Source: an uncultured Methanomicrobiaceae archaeon
GTDB taxonomy: Archaea; Halobacteriota; Methanomicrobia; Methanomicrobiales; Methanoculleaceae
Direction: 5' to 3'
NCBI GenBank assembly: GCA_963826525.1
Contig: CAWGXH010000004.1
Span: 1,088,001 to 1,152,000, forward strand
DNA length: 64,000 nt
Under the pieces are notes generated by a model that worked only from the letters and a program-made list of their open reading frames with translations, did not search any database and had not been told where the DNA came from. The translations under genes were made by a program, and so were the position numbers. Positions 30,228 to 41,904 of the stretch are shown in pieces (within the stretch, counting starts at the first letter, position 1; every line of letters starts with the position of its first letter).

Positions 30228-30645
30228 TGCGCGTCTCCCGCAAGCAATCCCCGACTCCCTCCCTCCCCGGGCAATCCCGCACGTCACCATCAAGTAACGT
30301 TCATATAGCCGCTCTTTTCACTTCTCCTCCGCTCCCCGAACCTTTTTAACCCCCATCTCCCCACGCTGAAACAAGCGATGCACGACAACGGCTCGCTCCT
30401 TCGGAGGGCGCCGGTGCACCGCGAACTACAGCAGCGAGGTAACGCATGAAACCGAAACCAGAATCCATACCCCGGGACACGATCAAAGCCCCCGGAAAGC
30501 ACCGGGGCACCCGCGTCCCGGCCGAATCGAAAAGAGAACAGAACAGAATCCGTGGCGGCAGCCAGGCACAACCACATGTTTCCAGCACCAGGATGCACCG
30601 GACCGCCACCGAGAGAAGCATCGCCACCCGGGGAGCGTGCCCGCG

Positions 30646-30819
30646 ATGAGTCACGGCGGGCAGACACCGCGGAAGGTGCCGCTCTACCTCATCGCCCAGG
30701 TGGTCGCGGCCGAGGTCGCCCGGCACAAACGGGCGCTCCGCGAGATCCACGTCACCTGCACGGCCGGGCACTACTACGCGGTCACCGTCCTTACCGCCGG
30801 AGGGGATACCCATGCCTGA
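30646..30819 (+). CDS. Small hypothetical protein of replication module
   Basis: MSHGGQTPRKVPLYLIAQVV...; overlaps the next ATG; host-like codon usage. Confidence 0.55.
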   Translation: MSHGGQTPRKVPLYLIAQVVAAEVARHKRALREIHVTCTAGHYYAVTVLTAGGDTHA

Positions 30820-31150
30820 GCCGGGAACGCTCGCCTACGGCAGCGGCGGCACCCTCCACATCGCGGTGGATGCCGAGCACTACCGGATCGAGCCTGAGGA
30901 TGTCAAACACCTGCTCTTCTCGGGCAGGGTGGTGCCGGTCGTGCAGGACCGCGTCATCCCGGACGGCGGCACGCCGATGGGCAGGACGACGATCGAGGGG
31001 CACGCGACGGTAAACTGCACCGGCAAAGCCGTGGCGCTCCACACCCGTGCGGGGTCGTTCATCATCCCGCTCGTCAGCGTCCAGCGGGTGGCACGGGGGG
31101 AGGCGGTCAGCGTTCCGCTCTTCCCCCTCGTCCCGGGGGTGACAGAGTGA
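30812..31150 (+). CDS. Hypothetical protein of replication module
   Basis: 112 aa, translationally coupled to the primase-like gene (GTGA overlap). Confidence 0.7.
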   Translation: MPEPGTLAYGSGGTLHIAVDAEHYRIEPEDVKHLLFSGRVVPVVQDRVIPDGGTPMGRTTIEGHATVNCTGKAVALHTRAGSFIIPLVSVQRVARGEAVSVPLFPLVPGVTE

Positions 31151-33934
31151 GCGACGCGATTATCGAGGCGGTGCAGGTCATCGCCCCGGAGGGCGTGGTG
31201 GAGGTGCGGGCGCTCGCCGAGAGTGCCGTTCACTCCGGCTACTTCGACGACCGCAGCGAACTCGCCGCACGGGCGGAGGTGCTCGACGCCGACCCGGAGG
31301 TCGGGGGGATCTACGTCACCCTCAACCCCGTGAACCCGGCGCTTCTCGCCCGGCGGGCGAACCGGATCAAGCTGCGCCTCGGTAAGAAAGACGCGACGAC
31401 GAGCCGATGCCGATATTACGAGAAGGCGGTGGCTGCCGGTCGACATCGACCCGGTGCGGCCAAGCGGCGTCTCGTCGACCGATGCGGAGCACGATCTCGC
31501 GCTCGCGACGGCGGATCGGATCGTCGCCTGGCTCAGCGAGCAGGGGTTCCCGGCGCCGGTGCGGGCCGACTCGGGGAACGGCGCCCACCTCCTCTACCGG
31601 GTCGACCTCCCGAACGACGAGGTAGCGACCGGGCTCGTGAAGGGCTGCCTCGCGACCCTCGACGTTCTCTTCTCGAACGAGAAAGTCACCGTCGATACCG
31701 CGAACCACAACGCCGCCCGGATCTGGAAACTCTACGGCACCGTCTCGAGGAAGGGCGACAACACGGCGGAGCGGCCGCACCGCCGGTCAAGGCTCCTCAC
31801 GGTTCCTGACGAGATTGGCCTTGTTCCCGTGGAGCGACTCGCCCATCTCGCCGGGCTGCTCCCGGCGGATGAGCCGCCAGCGCCGAAGAAGGGCGGGGGG
31901 ATCGACCTCGCCGCCTGGCTCCCCGATCACGGGATCGCCGTCCGGTCGGCGAAACCCTACCGGGGCGGCACGCTCTACACCCTCGAGGACTGCCCGTTCT
32001 CCTCTGCCCACAAGGACGGCGCGTTCGCCATCCAGTTTGCGAGCGGCGCGATCTTCGCCGGCTGCCACCACCAGAGCTGTGGCAGCGGCACGCAGCGCTG
32101 GCCGGAGCTTCGGGCACGCTACGAGCAGCGGGAGCCGAAGCGAAAGGAGGAGATATCCAATCCCCCTTCTCCCCCGGCCGAGTACCGCCAGCGGGCGATG
32201 GAGATTCTGGAGAATGGCGACCCGCTGGCATTCCTGCTCGACACCTTCACCAGAACCCACGTTGGCGATCGAATCGTCGCCGAATGCCTGATCATGTCGC
32301 TCGCCTCCCAGAGCATCGAGAACACGAGCGGGCTGCACGTCGCCATCTCCGGCAACTCCGGCAAGGGCAAAACGCATGCCTGCAACGCGATGCTCAACCT
32401 CGTCCCCGAAGAGTACCGGTTGAAGGGCACGGTCTCAAACAAAGCCCTGTTTTATCACGACTCGCTGAGATCGGGCACGGTGCTCCTCTTCGACGATGTC
32501 TCGCTCTCGGACGATCTGCAGGAACTTTTAAAGTCGGCGACCGCCAATTTCAGGGAGCCCATCGAACACCGGACGCTCACCGCCGACCGGCGGCTTCGGG
32601 TCTGCACCATTCCCGAGCGGTGCGTCTGGTGGCTCGCGAAGGTCGAGAGCGTCGGCGACGACCAGGTGATGAACCGGATGCTCACGGTCTGGATCGACGA
32701 CTCGAAGGAGCAGGACATCGCGGTCCTGGAGCATGTGAAAAAGGTCGAGGCGCGGTCACCGGATACATGCGGAGAAGACGTTGACGTGCTGGTCTGCCGG
32801 GCGCTGTGGGAGATTCTCAAGGGGCAGCAGTTCCATATCCACATCCCGTTTTCACCTCGCATCCACTTCTCGAACGCCGCAAACCGCAGGAACCCCGCGA
32901 TGCTCTTTGACCTTATCAAGTGTCACGCCCTGCTGCACTTCCGCCGGCGGGAGCGGGACGACCACGGGAGTCTTATCGCCACCCGGCAGGATTTTGCGTA
33001 TGCCCGGCAGCTCTTCATCGCCATCAACGGGGAAGTCGGCGGGCAGGAGACGAAGCAGACCCGCAACGAGGCTGCTGCCCTTGCGACCGTTGCGAAGATG
33101 GGCATTGCGGTCTTCACCATCAGGCAGCTGCAGGATACCCTCGGCCTCTCGTATCACCAGACCTACCGGCTCCTGCACGGCTACACCAACAGCAAGGCGA
33201 CCTATACCGGCATTCTGGACAAGTGCCCGGCGGTGAGTCTCATCGACGCGACGGTGGTGGAGGAACTGTACGGCCTTGAACTCAAGCGGCGGGAACAGTA
33301 CTTCTCATTCGATTACGAGATATACCGCCAGTGGTCGGCGAGGGCGGAGGTCTGGATTGCGGAAGAGGACGGTGCAACCGGGAACCGGGACGATCCCGGC
33401 TCTGACGTTTGCACCTTTGCACCCCGTTTGCACCCGAAAATTGGAAAAAGTGCAAATCAGAAAAACGTCGTTTCCAGGGTTTATTCTTGCAATGAAGTAC
33501 AGTACAAAGAAACATGTACAGGTACTCCTGTAATTGTGCACCCATCCGGGGAACCACAGAACCTACCCGACGATGCGGGTAGTGGGTGCAGCGATGGCTG
33601 TGAATCCCGGATGAGTGCAAACGTCGATGATATTCGGGCGCCACAACCGTCTTTTCCGTATAAAACGCCTGAGCGCCGAGTGTCCGATTGCACGCCCGGG
33701 TGCAAAGGTGTGCAAACGGGTGCAAACGTGCAATCGAAGACCGGGAAAGTCCTGCCCCTGCCCGGTCTGCTCGACCATCGCACGTTCGAGCGGGCACGCG
33801 TGGATCTCGGCCGGTGCACGATCTGCGACACCGCAAAAGCGGTCTATCACTCACGCGAGGCGCGGGCGAGTATCTGCCAGGGGTGCTATGCACGGCTTGT
33901 GCGGGAGTGGAACCGGGAGGAGGGGGTGCGGTGA
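31147..33934 (+). CDS. Primase-like / P-loop ATPase replication protein with C-terminal Zn finger (frameshift near 31405)
   Basis: IYVTLNP, WLPVDIDP (DxD), DSGNGAHLLY, CPFS..H...CHHQSC, Walker A ISGNSGKGKT, LLFDD, C-terminal CTIC...CQGC. Confidence 0.75.
33407..33734. repeat. Inverted clusters of TTTGCACC / GTGCAAA iteron-like repeats inside the rep gene
   Basis: TTTGCACC at 33408, 33416, 33427; GTGCAAA at 33700, 33710, 33720 plus GTGCAAT at 33728; extra GTGCAAA at 33450 and 33615; AT-rich tract between. Confidence 0.75.
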
Positions 33935-33999
33935 TCCCCTTCGCCCCTTCTGCAGGATCCGGTCTGTTAAGTACCTGCGCCGCACCATATCTGGTACTT

Positions 34000-34251
34000 A
34001 TGAATGCACAACTGGTATTCATCGTACTACCTCTTGTCATTCTGGCGATAATCGCACTGCTTGTCGTATTTGTCAGCAAGCGTGGAAAGGGGAAAAACCT
34101 TTCAAAATTGGCCATTCTGGCATTTGTGCTCATTATTTCCGGAATCGTCTTTGGCGATGACAGGTTAATCGGCTATGGTTTGATCGGTGCCGGTATTCTT
34201 CTTGCGGTCATCGATATCATCGTAAAACTCAGAGAGCAAGAGGAGCAATAA
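34000..34251 (+). CDS. Small three-TM membrane protein
   Basis: MNAQLVFIVLPLVILAII...LSKLAILAFVLIISGIVFGDDRLIGYGLIGAGILLAVIDII. Confidence 0.75.
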   Translation: MNAQLVFIVLPLVILAIIALLVVFVSKRGKGKNLSKLAILAFVLIISGIVFGDDRLIGYGLIGAGILLAVIDIIVKLREQEEQ

Positions 34252-34450
34252 CCAGCAGGTACGGACGGGATCTTCTGTCTGGAAGGAAAAGGTCACGAAC
34301 ACCGGTGCTGCGAGTCGATACGGGAAAATATCTGAAGAGCGGTATGAACCGCTATCCATGCGGGATGTGAGCCTACCCTAACCCCGGCACCGCCACGATC
34401 CCGCCGGCAAGCCCGCTGCTCACGTTCCCCGGTCTGCTCCTTCATCTCCG

Positions 34451-34559
34451 GATGACCTCTCGCTCACCGACGCGATGGGCCTCGCCCGGCACGTCCTCGG
34501 CATGCCGGGCTATGAGGTTCTGCACGGAGCACCCAATCCCTTTTTCCCATCCACACGAA
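34451..34559 (+). pseudogene. Remnant of the 3' end and terminator region of a dockerin-tailed surface-protein gene
   Basis: Encodes LSLTDAMGLARHVLGMPGYEVLH, matching FSMQDAAYLARHLLGLPGYEILH* at the end of 35699..37730; both followed by CAATCC(C)TTTTTCCCATCCRCACGAA. Confidence 0.75.
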
Positions 34560-34693
34560 TGCCGGTGGGTGCCCATACTGTCCATGTCCTGCGAGGAATC
34601 GAGCTGATTTTGAACCTTCGCCTGTTTTCCCGGCGAAAGGATAAGCAGATATTTTAATACCTGCCCGGTCCGATTCTGGATAGGCTGATCACC

Positions 34694-35578
34694 ATGGATA
34701 CGAAGTATTTCACCGTACACGACGGCAGAACTCTTGCATACAGCGAATTCGGAGATCCTGACGGGGTACCTGTTTTTCACGCGCATGGCGGCCCGGGTTC
34801 GAGACTTGAAGGTAAAATTTTTGATAAAACTGCGGAAGAACGGGGATACCGGTTTATTGTAACCGACAGACCCGGCATGGGGGAGTCTACGTATCTGGAG
34901 GGACGAAGGCTCCTTGACTATCCGAACGACATCTCAGAACTTGCCGATGCCCTGAATATCGATACGTTCGGCGTTACCGGCTGGTCGGGGGGAGGTGCGC
35001 ATACAACGGTCTGTGCCTATGCGATCCCGGAGAGACTGCTCTTCAATATGAGCTTCGCAGGCTACACCAACTTTGCAGAGATGCCCGGTGCGGAGAAGTA
35101 CCTTAAGTCCAGGATGGACCAGACATCCGTCGCCCTTTCCAAAACCCATCCGCGCATGTTCAGGTTCTTCTTTGATCTGATGCAGGTGAGTGAGCGGCTG
35201 ATGCCGGACGCCTACTATAAGGCACTCATAAAGGAGCTCTGCGACGCCGATAAGGAGATTGCCGCTGATCCACACTTCAAAGAGGTATTCATGGAGGAGG
35301 AAGGCGAGGCATTCCGGCAGGGAAGCCGGGGGGTGACGACCGATGCCGCGGTTCACTACGTGGACTGGGGGTTCAGCCTCGCGGAGATATCCTGCAAGAT
35401 CCACGTATTCCACGGCACTGAAGACTTCATGGTCCCGATCGAGTATGCACGCAATATCGCCGAACACGTGCCGCGGTGCGAGCTTCACGTGCTGGAGGGG
35501 GAAGGACACCTGTTCCCCTTTAAGTACCAGGATCTCATCTTCGATACGGCCGACAGGGAGATCGGACGGGTTTCCTGA
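34694..35578 (+). CDS. Alpha/beta hydrolase
   Basis: HGGPGSR, DRPGMGES, GWSGGG nucleophile elbow, HGTED, GEGH. Confidence 0.92.
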   Translation: MDTKYFTVHDGRTLAYSEFGDPDGVPVFHAHGGPGSRLEGKIFDKTAEERGYRFIVTDRPGMGESTYLEGRRLLDYPNDISELADALNIDTFGVTGWSGGGAHTTVCAYAIPERLLFNMSFAGYTNFAEMPGAEKYLKSRMDQTSVALSKTHPRMFRFFFDLMQVSERLMPDAYYKALIKELCDADKEIAADPHFKEVFMEEEGEAFRQGSRGVTTDAAVHYVDWGFSLAEISCKIHVFHGTEDFMVPIEYARNIAEHVPRCELHVLEGEGHLFPFKYQDLIFDTADREIGRVS

Positions 35579-35698
35579 GCGTAAACCCGCCTGAACCGGA
35601 ATTCGGGTGACACTATGCGGCAGTTCCTTCAAAAGCCTTCGGGGATCGAATGGAATGCCGCAGTACGCTTTTAAAGAAGAGCACCGATATCCTTACCT

Positions 35699-37730
35699 AT
35701 GACCATTTGCCGACGCCGCACTCTCCGCACGCTGACCCTCTGCCTGCTCCTGCTCGTCATCGTCGAAGGGGGAGCGGCGCTGACCATCGAGTCGAGCAAG
35801 GGGAGCGTCGTCCACGGCAACAATTTCGTCGTGACCATTGCCGGCGGGCCGGACACGACCTACTCCCTCTACGTCAACGACGCCGGTCTCGCGAGCGGGG
35901 AACAGTATCCCCTGATCGCGCCCGGTCAGTCCGGTGTCGTCACCGGCACCGGCGTCCCGGCCGACGAGGCTCTCGACTTCCCGTATACGCGGGCGAACCT
36001 GACCACCACCGCTGCCGGAACCCGCACGGTGCAGTTCAACACCTCCCATGCCACCGAGCCACGGAGCTTCACGATCACGGTCGTCGACCTGGCCGATACC
36101 GCCGTATTCGACACGGTCACGGTAGCGGTGACGCGGGGAGCGGTCACTCTGACCGCATCCGGCACCGGCGTCTACTACGTCGGCGAGGAGATCACGATCG
36201 GCGGCGCCAACACCGACAACACGACCACCTTCCTCTTCCTCACCGGCCGTGACCTCCCGGCCAACGGCGCCGGGCTCAACGACATCACCACGCCCGTCGT
36301 CGACGGCGAGGGCGGCACCTTCGTCAAAGTCGATGTCGAGAGCGACCAGACCTGGGAGTACGTCTGGGATACCGCAAGCGTGAGTAAAGCCCTGAAGTCC
36401 GGCACCTATACCATCTACGGCCTCTCCGCCCCGCGGGACAAGGCTCACATCTCCTCTGCAGCGTACGCCACCTCCTCCATCGTCCTCAAGGCTCCCATCG
36501 TCACGGCAACCCCGGGCTCGAACGCCGTTGCCAGGGGCGACAATCTGACGATCTCCGGATATGCGGAGTTCCAGCAGAAAAACGTCTATGTCTGGATCTT
36601 CAGCGACGGCTGCTGGGTCCTCGGCGATCCGGTCGGTGTGACGTGGATGGATGGTTATGCATACGTGCTCGCAGGTGCGGAGACGCTGAAGTTCTCCTCC
36701 GAAGAGTGCTACATCATAGTCCAGAACCCCGGCGGGGACGGGCTGCAGGACGTCTCCGGGATCAACGCTACCTGGATCCGCGACGCCGGGGGCAACGAGG
36801 TCGATCTCGGCATCCGGACGCTCCCGGACGCCGCAAACACCCTCGTGAACGCGCTTAACGCGCCCGAGGCCGACGACACCTATACTCGGCTGACCCTGCC
36901 CGTTGAGGAGCCCTGGATTGCGATCGACGCCGTCGGCGACCGGGGCGTCGGCAGCACCTTCACGCTCTCCGGCACCACGAACCTCGTCGCCGGTGACGTA
37001 CTGTCGGTGAACGTGACGGATGCGTCTTCCGCGCCGGTCTTCCGCGGGCAGGCCGTTGTGAAATACGAGGTACGCAAAGCCGAACAATTCCTGGTCGGCC
37101 AGACTCGATACCACCGGTCTTGCGGAGGGCGAATATACCGTCACGGTCGACTATCCGGCTACGGGAACCGGTCAGACGACCACGTTCTCCCTCGTCCCGC
37201 CCGGCCTCGTCGTGAACGCTCCGGCAGCGAACCCTGCGGTTATTGTTCAGAACACCGACGGGACCCACATGTGGGGTGAGACCGCCGTGCTCTCGGTGAC
37301 GGCGACCGGGGCGGGCATCGCGTCGGTGACGGTGAATCTCTCAAGCATCGGCGGCTCCGCGGCGACGCCGATGACCGACGCCGGGGACGATACCTGGACG
37401 GCGACCGTCTCGAGCGCTGTCCCCTCGCCGTTCGAGGACGGCGCCTACCGGCCGGTGCTCCTCGCTGTGAACGTGACCGGTGTAGACGGCGTCAGCGACA
37501 CCTCGGTCTCCATCCCGCTCACGGTCGTGAAGAACGGGGATGCGAACCTGGATAACCGGGTCACGCTCTACGACGCCGTCTACATCGCCCGGCACTCCCT
37601 CTATATCGGGGGCTACCCGATGACGGAGAGCGTCGGAATGGTCTGCGGAAATTACTACTTTTCGATGCAGGATGCGGCCTACCTCGCCCGGCATCTCCTC
37701 GGACTTCCCGGCTACGAAATCCTGCACTGA
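35699..37730 (+). CDS. Secreted S-layer-like Ig-repeat protein with C-terminal dockerin-like domain (frameshift near 37070)
   Basis: Signal peptide; YYVGEEITIGG.NT, TFLFLTG..LP.NG, GTYTIY, SGTTNL; NGDANLDNRVTLYDAVYIARH. Confidence 0.78.
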
Positions 37731-37847
37731 ACCACAATCCTTTTTCCCATCCGCACGAACCCCGCCGCATCTCCCTGCCGTGAGATCGCTCACCCGCCGG
37801 AGACGCATGGAAAAATAGTTCTACCATATAACGACAATGTACGGTAG

Positions 37848-38811
37848 ATGGAAAACGGGATGCGGGATAAGGCGCGGAGCGTTCTGAAACAGATCCTCAC
37901 GGCGGCGGCATACGACGTGGAGGATGTGAGCGATCCGCTGGACCTCTCGGCCATCGGAGACGAGGACGTTTTAATCGTGCTCTGCTCCGACGACCCGGAT
38001 CAGATAGACGAGTTCGACCGGACGACCTACAACCTCGGCGTCGATGGGGAGAACCTCGTCTGCAGAAAACTTCTCTTCACGCTCGACGAGACCGTGCAGG
38101 CGGGGAACTGTATCCGCTGGGGCTCCGACGAGTTTGCGAAGTACGCCGGAGAAGCGGCACGGGCGCACCTCCTCGGTCGAAGGCTCGCGCTCGACCTTGC
38201 GGCACCCGAACCGGCACAACCGAAGCGGGCGGAAACGGCGAAGGCCGCCCCGGAAGACGACGGACTCACGGGACCCGACCTGCTGCACCTTCCGATGCAG
38301 GTCAACGAGAAACGGGCGATCGGGATCGCCGGCGTGCAGGGCACGGTCAAATGCAAATTCATACCCCACTGGTACTACCGGTATGCGAGCACCGGCGAGC
38401 GGACGGTTAAGGATAGGCTGGTCTCGTTCGAGTCCGAGGGTGCGGGCGTCATCAACGGGATCAACGGCATACGGTCGGAGACGGATATGCGCGAGGCGGC
38501 CGTCTCGCCTGTACCCTTCGGTTCCGAGGTGCTCCAGCCCCGGATCCAGAAGAGTGACGCCGAAGAGCAGCTCGAAGCGGGAGATCGTCGAAAACCTGAC
38601 CCAGCGGGTGCGGTTCCGGCAGGAGAAGGGCGACGCCATCTTCTACGAGGAGAAGACCCTGAAGCCCGACAAAAGCAACGTAACCGTCGATATGCTGCTC
38701 GTGTACGTCCCGGTCTGGCAGGTCCGGGGCGGGAGCAGGATCGTTGAGGTCAACGCCTTCAACGGGGAGATCCTCGCTATGCCCATGGACGAGGGCGTCG
38801 AGTTACTCTGA
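37848..38811 (+). CDS. Hypothetical protein (frameshift near 38572)
   Basis: ORFs 37848..38747 and 38044..38811 join; LVYVPVWQV...VEVNAFNGE. Confidence 0.7.
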
Positions 38812-38815
38812 GACC

Positions 38816-40156
38816 ATGATCGTCGTTATCGGTGGCGGGCCTGCCGGGCGCATTGCGGCGATGCGGCTTGCGGAGGCGGGCCGTGAGGTCAGGCTCGTCG
38901 AGAAGCGGGCGATCGGAGGGCAGTGCCTCCACGACCGGTGCATGGTCGTCTGCGCCCTCGCGGATGCCGCAAGGCTCGTCGAGCGCTCGCGAAAGATGCA
39001 CGACCTCGGCATCTTCGACGCAGCGCCGCGGATCTCGTTCCCGGCGATGATGACCCGGATGCGCGAGATCCAGACGAAGATCGGCTCCGTCCTCGACGAG
39101 GAGACACGGCGCGCCGGTGTCGAGATCCTCTACGGTGCGGAAGGTCGCCTCGAGGGAGCGACGGTCTACATCGACGACGAACCCGCACCTGCGGAGGCCG
39201 TCATCGCGGCGACCGGCTCGCGAGCGGCACTCCCCGATATTCCCGGCGTCGACCTTCCCGGCGTCTACACCTACGAGACGCTCCGGGAGATCCCGATCTC
39301 CCCGCCCGGATGGCGATCGTCGGGGGAGGCACCGTCGCTGCGGAGTTCGCCCGGATCTTCCACGCGTTCGGCTCGGAGGTGCACCTGATCGCCAAGGACC
39401 TCGCTCTTAAAAGACCTGGACGAGCGGCTCCGCACCGCCGCACGCCGCGACCTCGCCGGGGTCGCCATCCACGAAGACGCCCGGGTGCTCTCGATCGAGG
39501 GCGGCGGGCGCGTCCGGTCGGTGGAGATGCGGACGGCGGACGGCGATACCGGACTCGAGGTCGACGCCGTCTTCCTCGCGACCGGCCTTACCCCCCGCTC
39601 CGAGCTCCTGCAGGGGCTCCGGAAAGACCCGCTCGGGAACGTGATCGTGGACGACCACATGCAGACGAGCGTGCCGGGCGTCTACGCCGCCGGCGACGTC
39701 ATCGGCCCGCCCTACTTAACGCCGGTAGCCCGGCGGGAGGGGGCCGTCGCCGCCGACAACATCCTCGGGCGAAACGTCGCCATGGACTACGCCGCCGTCC
39801 CGCAGGCGCTCGAGCTCGGCTACGAGTTCGCCTCCGTATCGGTGCCGGGGGAGGAAGGGGTCACCCTCTCCTCGCCGGCTCCCGCAGGCCCGGGCTCGTT
39901 CTGGGACGTCGCGTCGGGCTGGACCGGGATGGCGCAGATCCGGGTCGACCCAGCCACCGGCCGGATCGTCGGCGCTGCAGCGGCGGCACCGGGAGCCTCG
40001 CTCCTGATCTCCTACCTCGGCTTTCTGATGCGGCGGGGCATCACCGTCGACGACTTCGACGCCTTCGCCGAGATTCACCCGTCGACCGACGGGATCTACT
40101 GGCTCAGCCGCTACGCCGCGGAGCTGCTGCGAAAAGAGCGAGAAAAAGACCCCTGA
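38816..40156 (+). CDS. Pyridine nucleotide-disulfide oxidoreductase, dihydrolipoamide dehydrogenase-like (two frameshifts)
   Basis: IGGGPAG, GGQCLHDRC, ATGS, IVGGG, TSVPGVYAAGD, EIHPSTD. Confidence 0.88.
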
Positions 40157-40166
40157 TACCCGGGGC

Positions 40167-41787
40167 TCAGAGGTTCCTGAACATCTGCCCGAACTGGGGC
40201 AGGAAATCTTTTTTCCGGGACATAACGCCCTCGAGGCGCACCGGCTGGTCGCGAAGGGCGAGTTTCGTGAGGCAGGCGTCCTCGCCGGCGGCGAAGAGAT
40301 CGCTCGCGTTCGCAAAGACGTTCGTAAAGAGCACGAGGAAACAGTCGGTGCCGGTAGCGCTCCGGAGCCGCTCCAGGCTCTGCCGGATCAGGTCCCCGTT
40401 CTGCTCCGGGTACTCGAAGGTCGAGACCATCACCTGCGCGATCATCACGCTCTTCCCGAAGAGGTTGTAGCGTTTCATATCCCGGGTGAGGAGCTCCTCC
40501 GGCGACATCGACCCGAGCTCCATCCCCTTCCCGACCAGCTCGGTGCCGAACGCGACCGGATCGATCCCGGTAAGGTCGGCGAGGTACCGGGCCGCCCGCG
40601 TATCTGCGGGAGTGGTCGTGGAGAGCTTCATCACCATCGTATCGGAGAGAATACCGGAGAGGAGCAGACCTGCCGCGGCAGGGGACGGCTCGCACCCCGC
40701 CTCGATGAACTTGTTGGTGATGATCGTCGAGGTCGACCCGACGGGGTCGTTGAGGAACTTCACCGGCTTTAGGGTCGATATGGCGCCGAGACGGTGGTGG
40801 TCGACGATCTCGAGGATATCCGCGGTCTCGATCCCGTCGACGGCCTGGGAGGTACTCGTTGTGGTCGAGCAGGATCACGGACTTCTGGACGGACTGCATC
40901 AGGGTCGTCCGCGAGACGAGCCCGATATGCTTCTCCCCTTCGCCGACGGCGCAGGCCGTCCTGAACTTCGAGTTGGAGACGACCTGCTTTGCGTACTCGA
41001 GCGAGTCCTCCATCCTGACGATGGGGAGATCGGTCTTCTCCATGATCATCTCCGCCGGGAGCGAGAGGCTGATCATCTTCCCGACCGAGAACGCGTCGAG
41101 CGTGGTCGCGAGCATCGAGACGCAGCGTGCCTGTGCCGCCTTGATCACCCGCTCGCCGACGGGCGCTCCTTCGGCGATGATCATCGCGGCGATCCCCGCC
41201 GATATCAGGGCGAGCTGGGCGGGTTCGTTATCCCCGACGATCGCGATGTCGTCCGGCGTCATACGGGAGAGGGTGACGTGCAATGCGTCGATGACGGTGT
41301 AGACCCGCCCTTCGCCGAGCGTCGGGCGCTCCGCGGTGATGATCCGGGCGTCGAGGATACGGGCGAGGGTCTCGAGTTTCATGGGGATGAGCGAGAGCTG
41401 CTCGCGGGGGTTCTTCCTGACGTACGACCGTGCGAGACCGTATTCGCTGACGAGACCGAGGAGCGTGCCCGCTTCATCGGTGATCGGCATATTCCGCATA
41501 TCATAGGTGTCCATCATGGCGGCGACGTCGATCGTCGGCACGTCCGCTTGAGCGCTCCGGGTATCGAGCGGGATATCCGATACCGTCGGCTCGATGTTCG
41601 CGATATAGAACGGGGCCTTCGCGTCGAACGTCGAGAGTGCGAAGCGGGTCTCGGCGTTCACCTCGCCGCACCGGGCAGCGACGTATGTATCGGACTCCGT
41701 CTGGTTCAGGAGCTCCGCATAGCCGATGACACTGCAGATACTATCGGTATCCGGCTGCTTGTGTCCGATGATATAGATCGTGGTCAG
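40167..41787 (-). CDS. ppaC: Mn-dependent family II inorganic pyrophosphatase with CBS and DRTGG domains (frameshift near 40850)
   Basis: GHKQPDTDSICS, CBS pair, LLDHNE, IVDHH, PVGSTST, ILSDT, GVMSRKK. Confidence 0.92.
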
Positions 41788-41904
41788 TCGTATTCCTCCT
41801 CGCAAAATCTCCTTCGTATCGCCGGCCCCGGTGGGCGGCGGCAGCATCGTGGTATGTAGCTGGTAGGTTCTGCTCGCTCAAAAGATATTGCCCACCGTAG
41901 CCCC

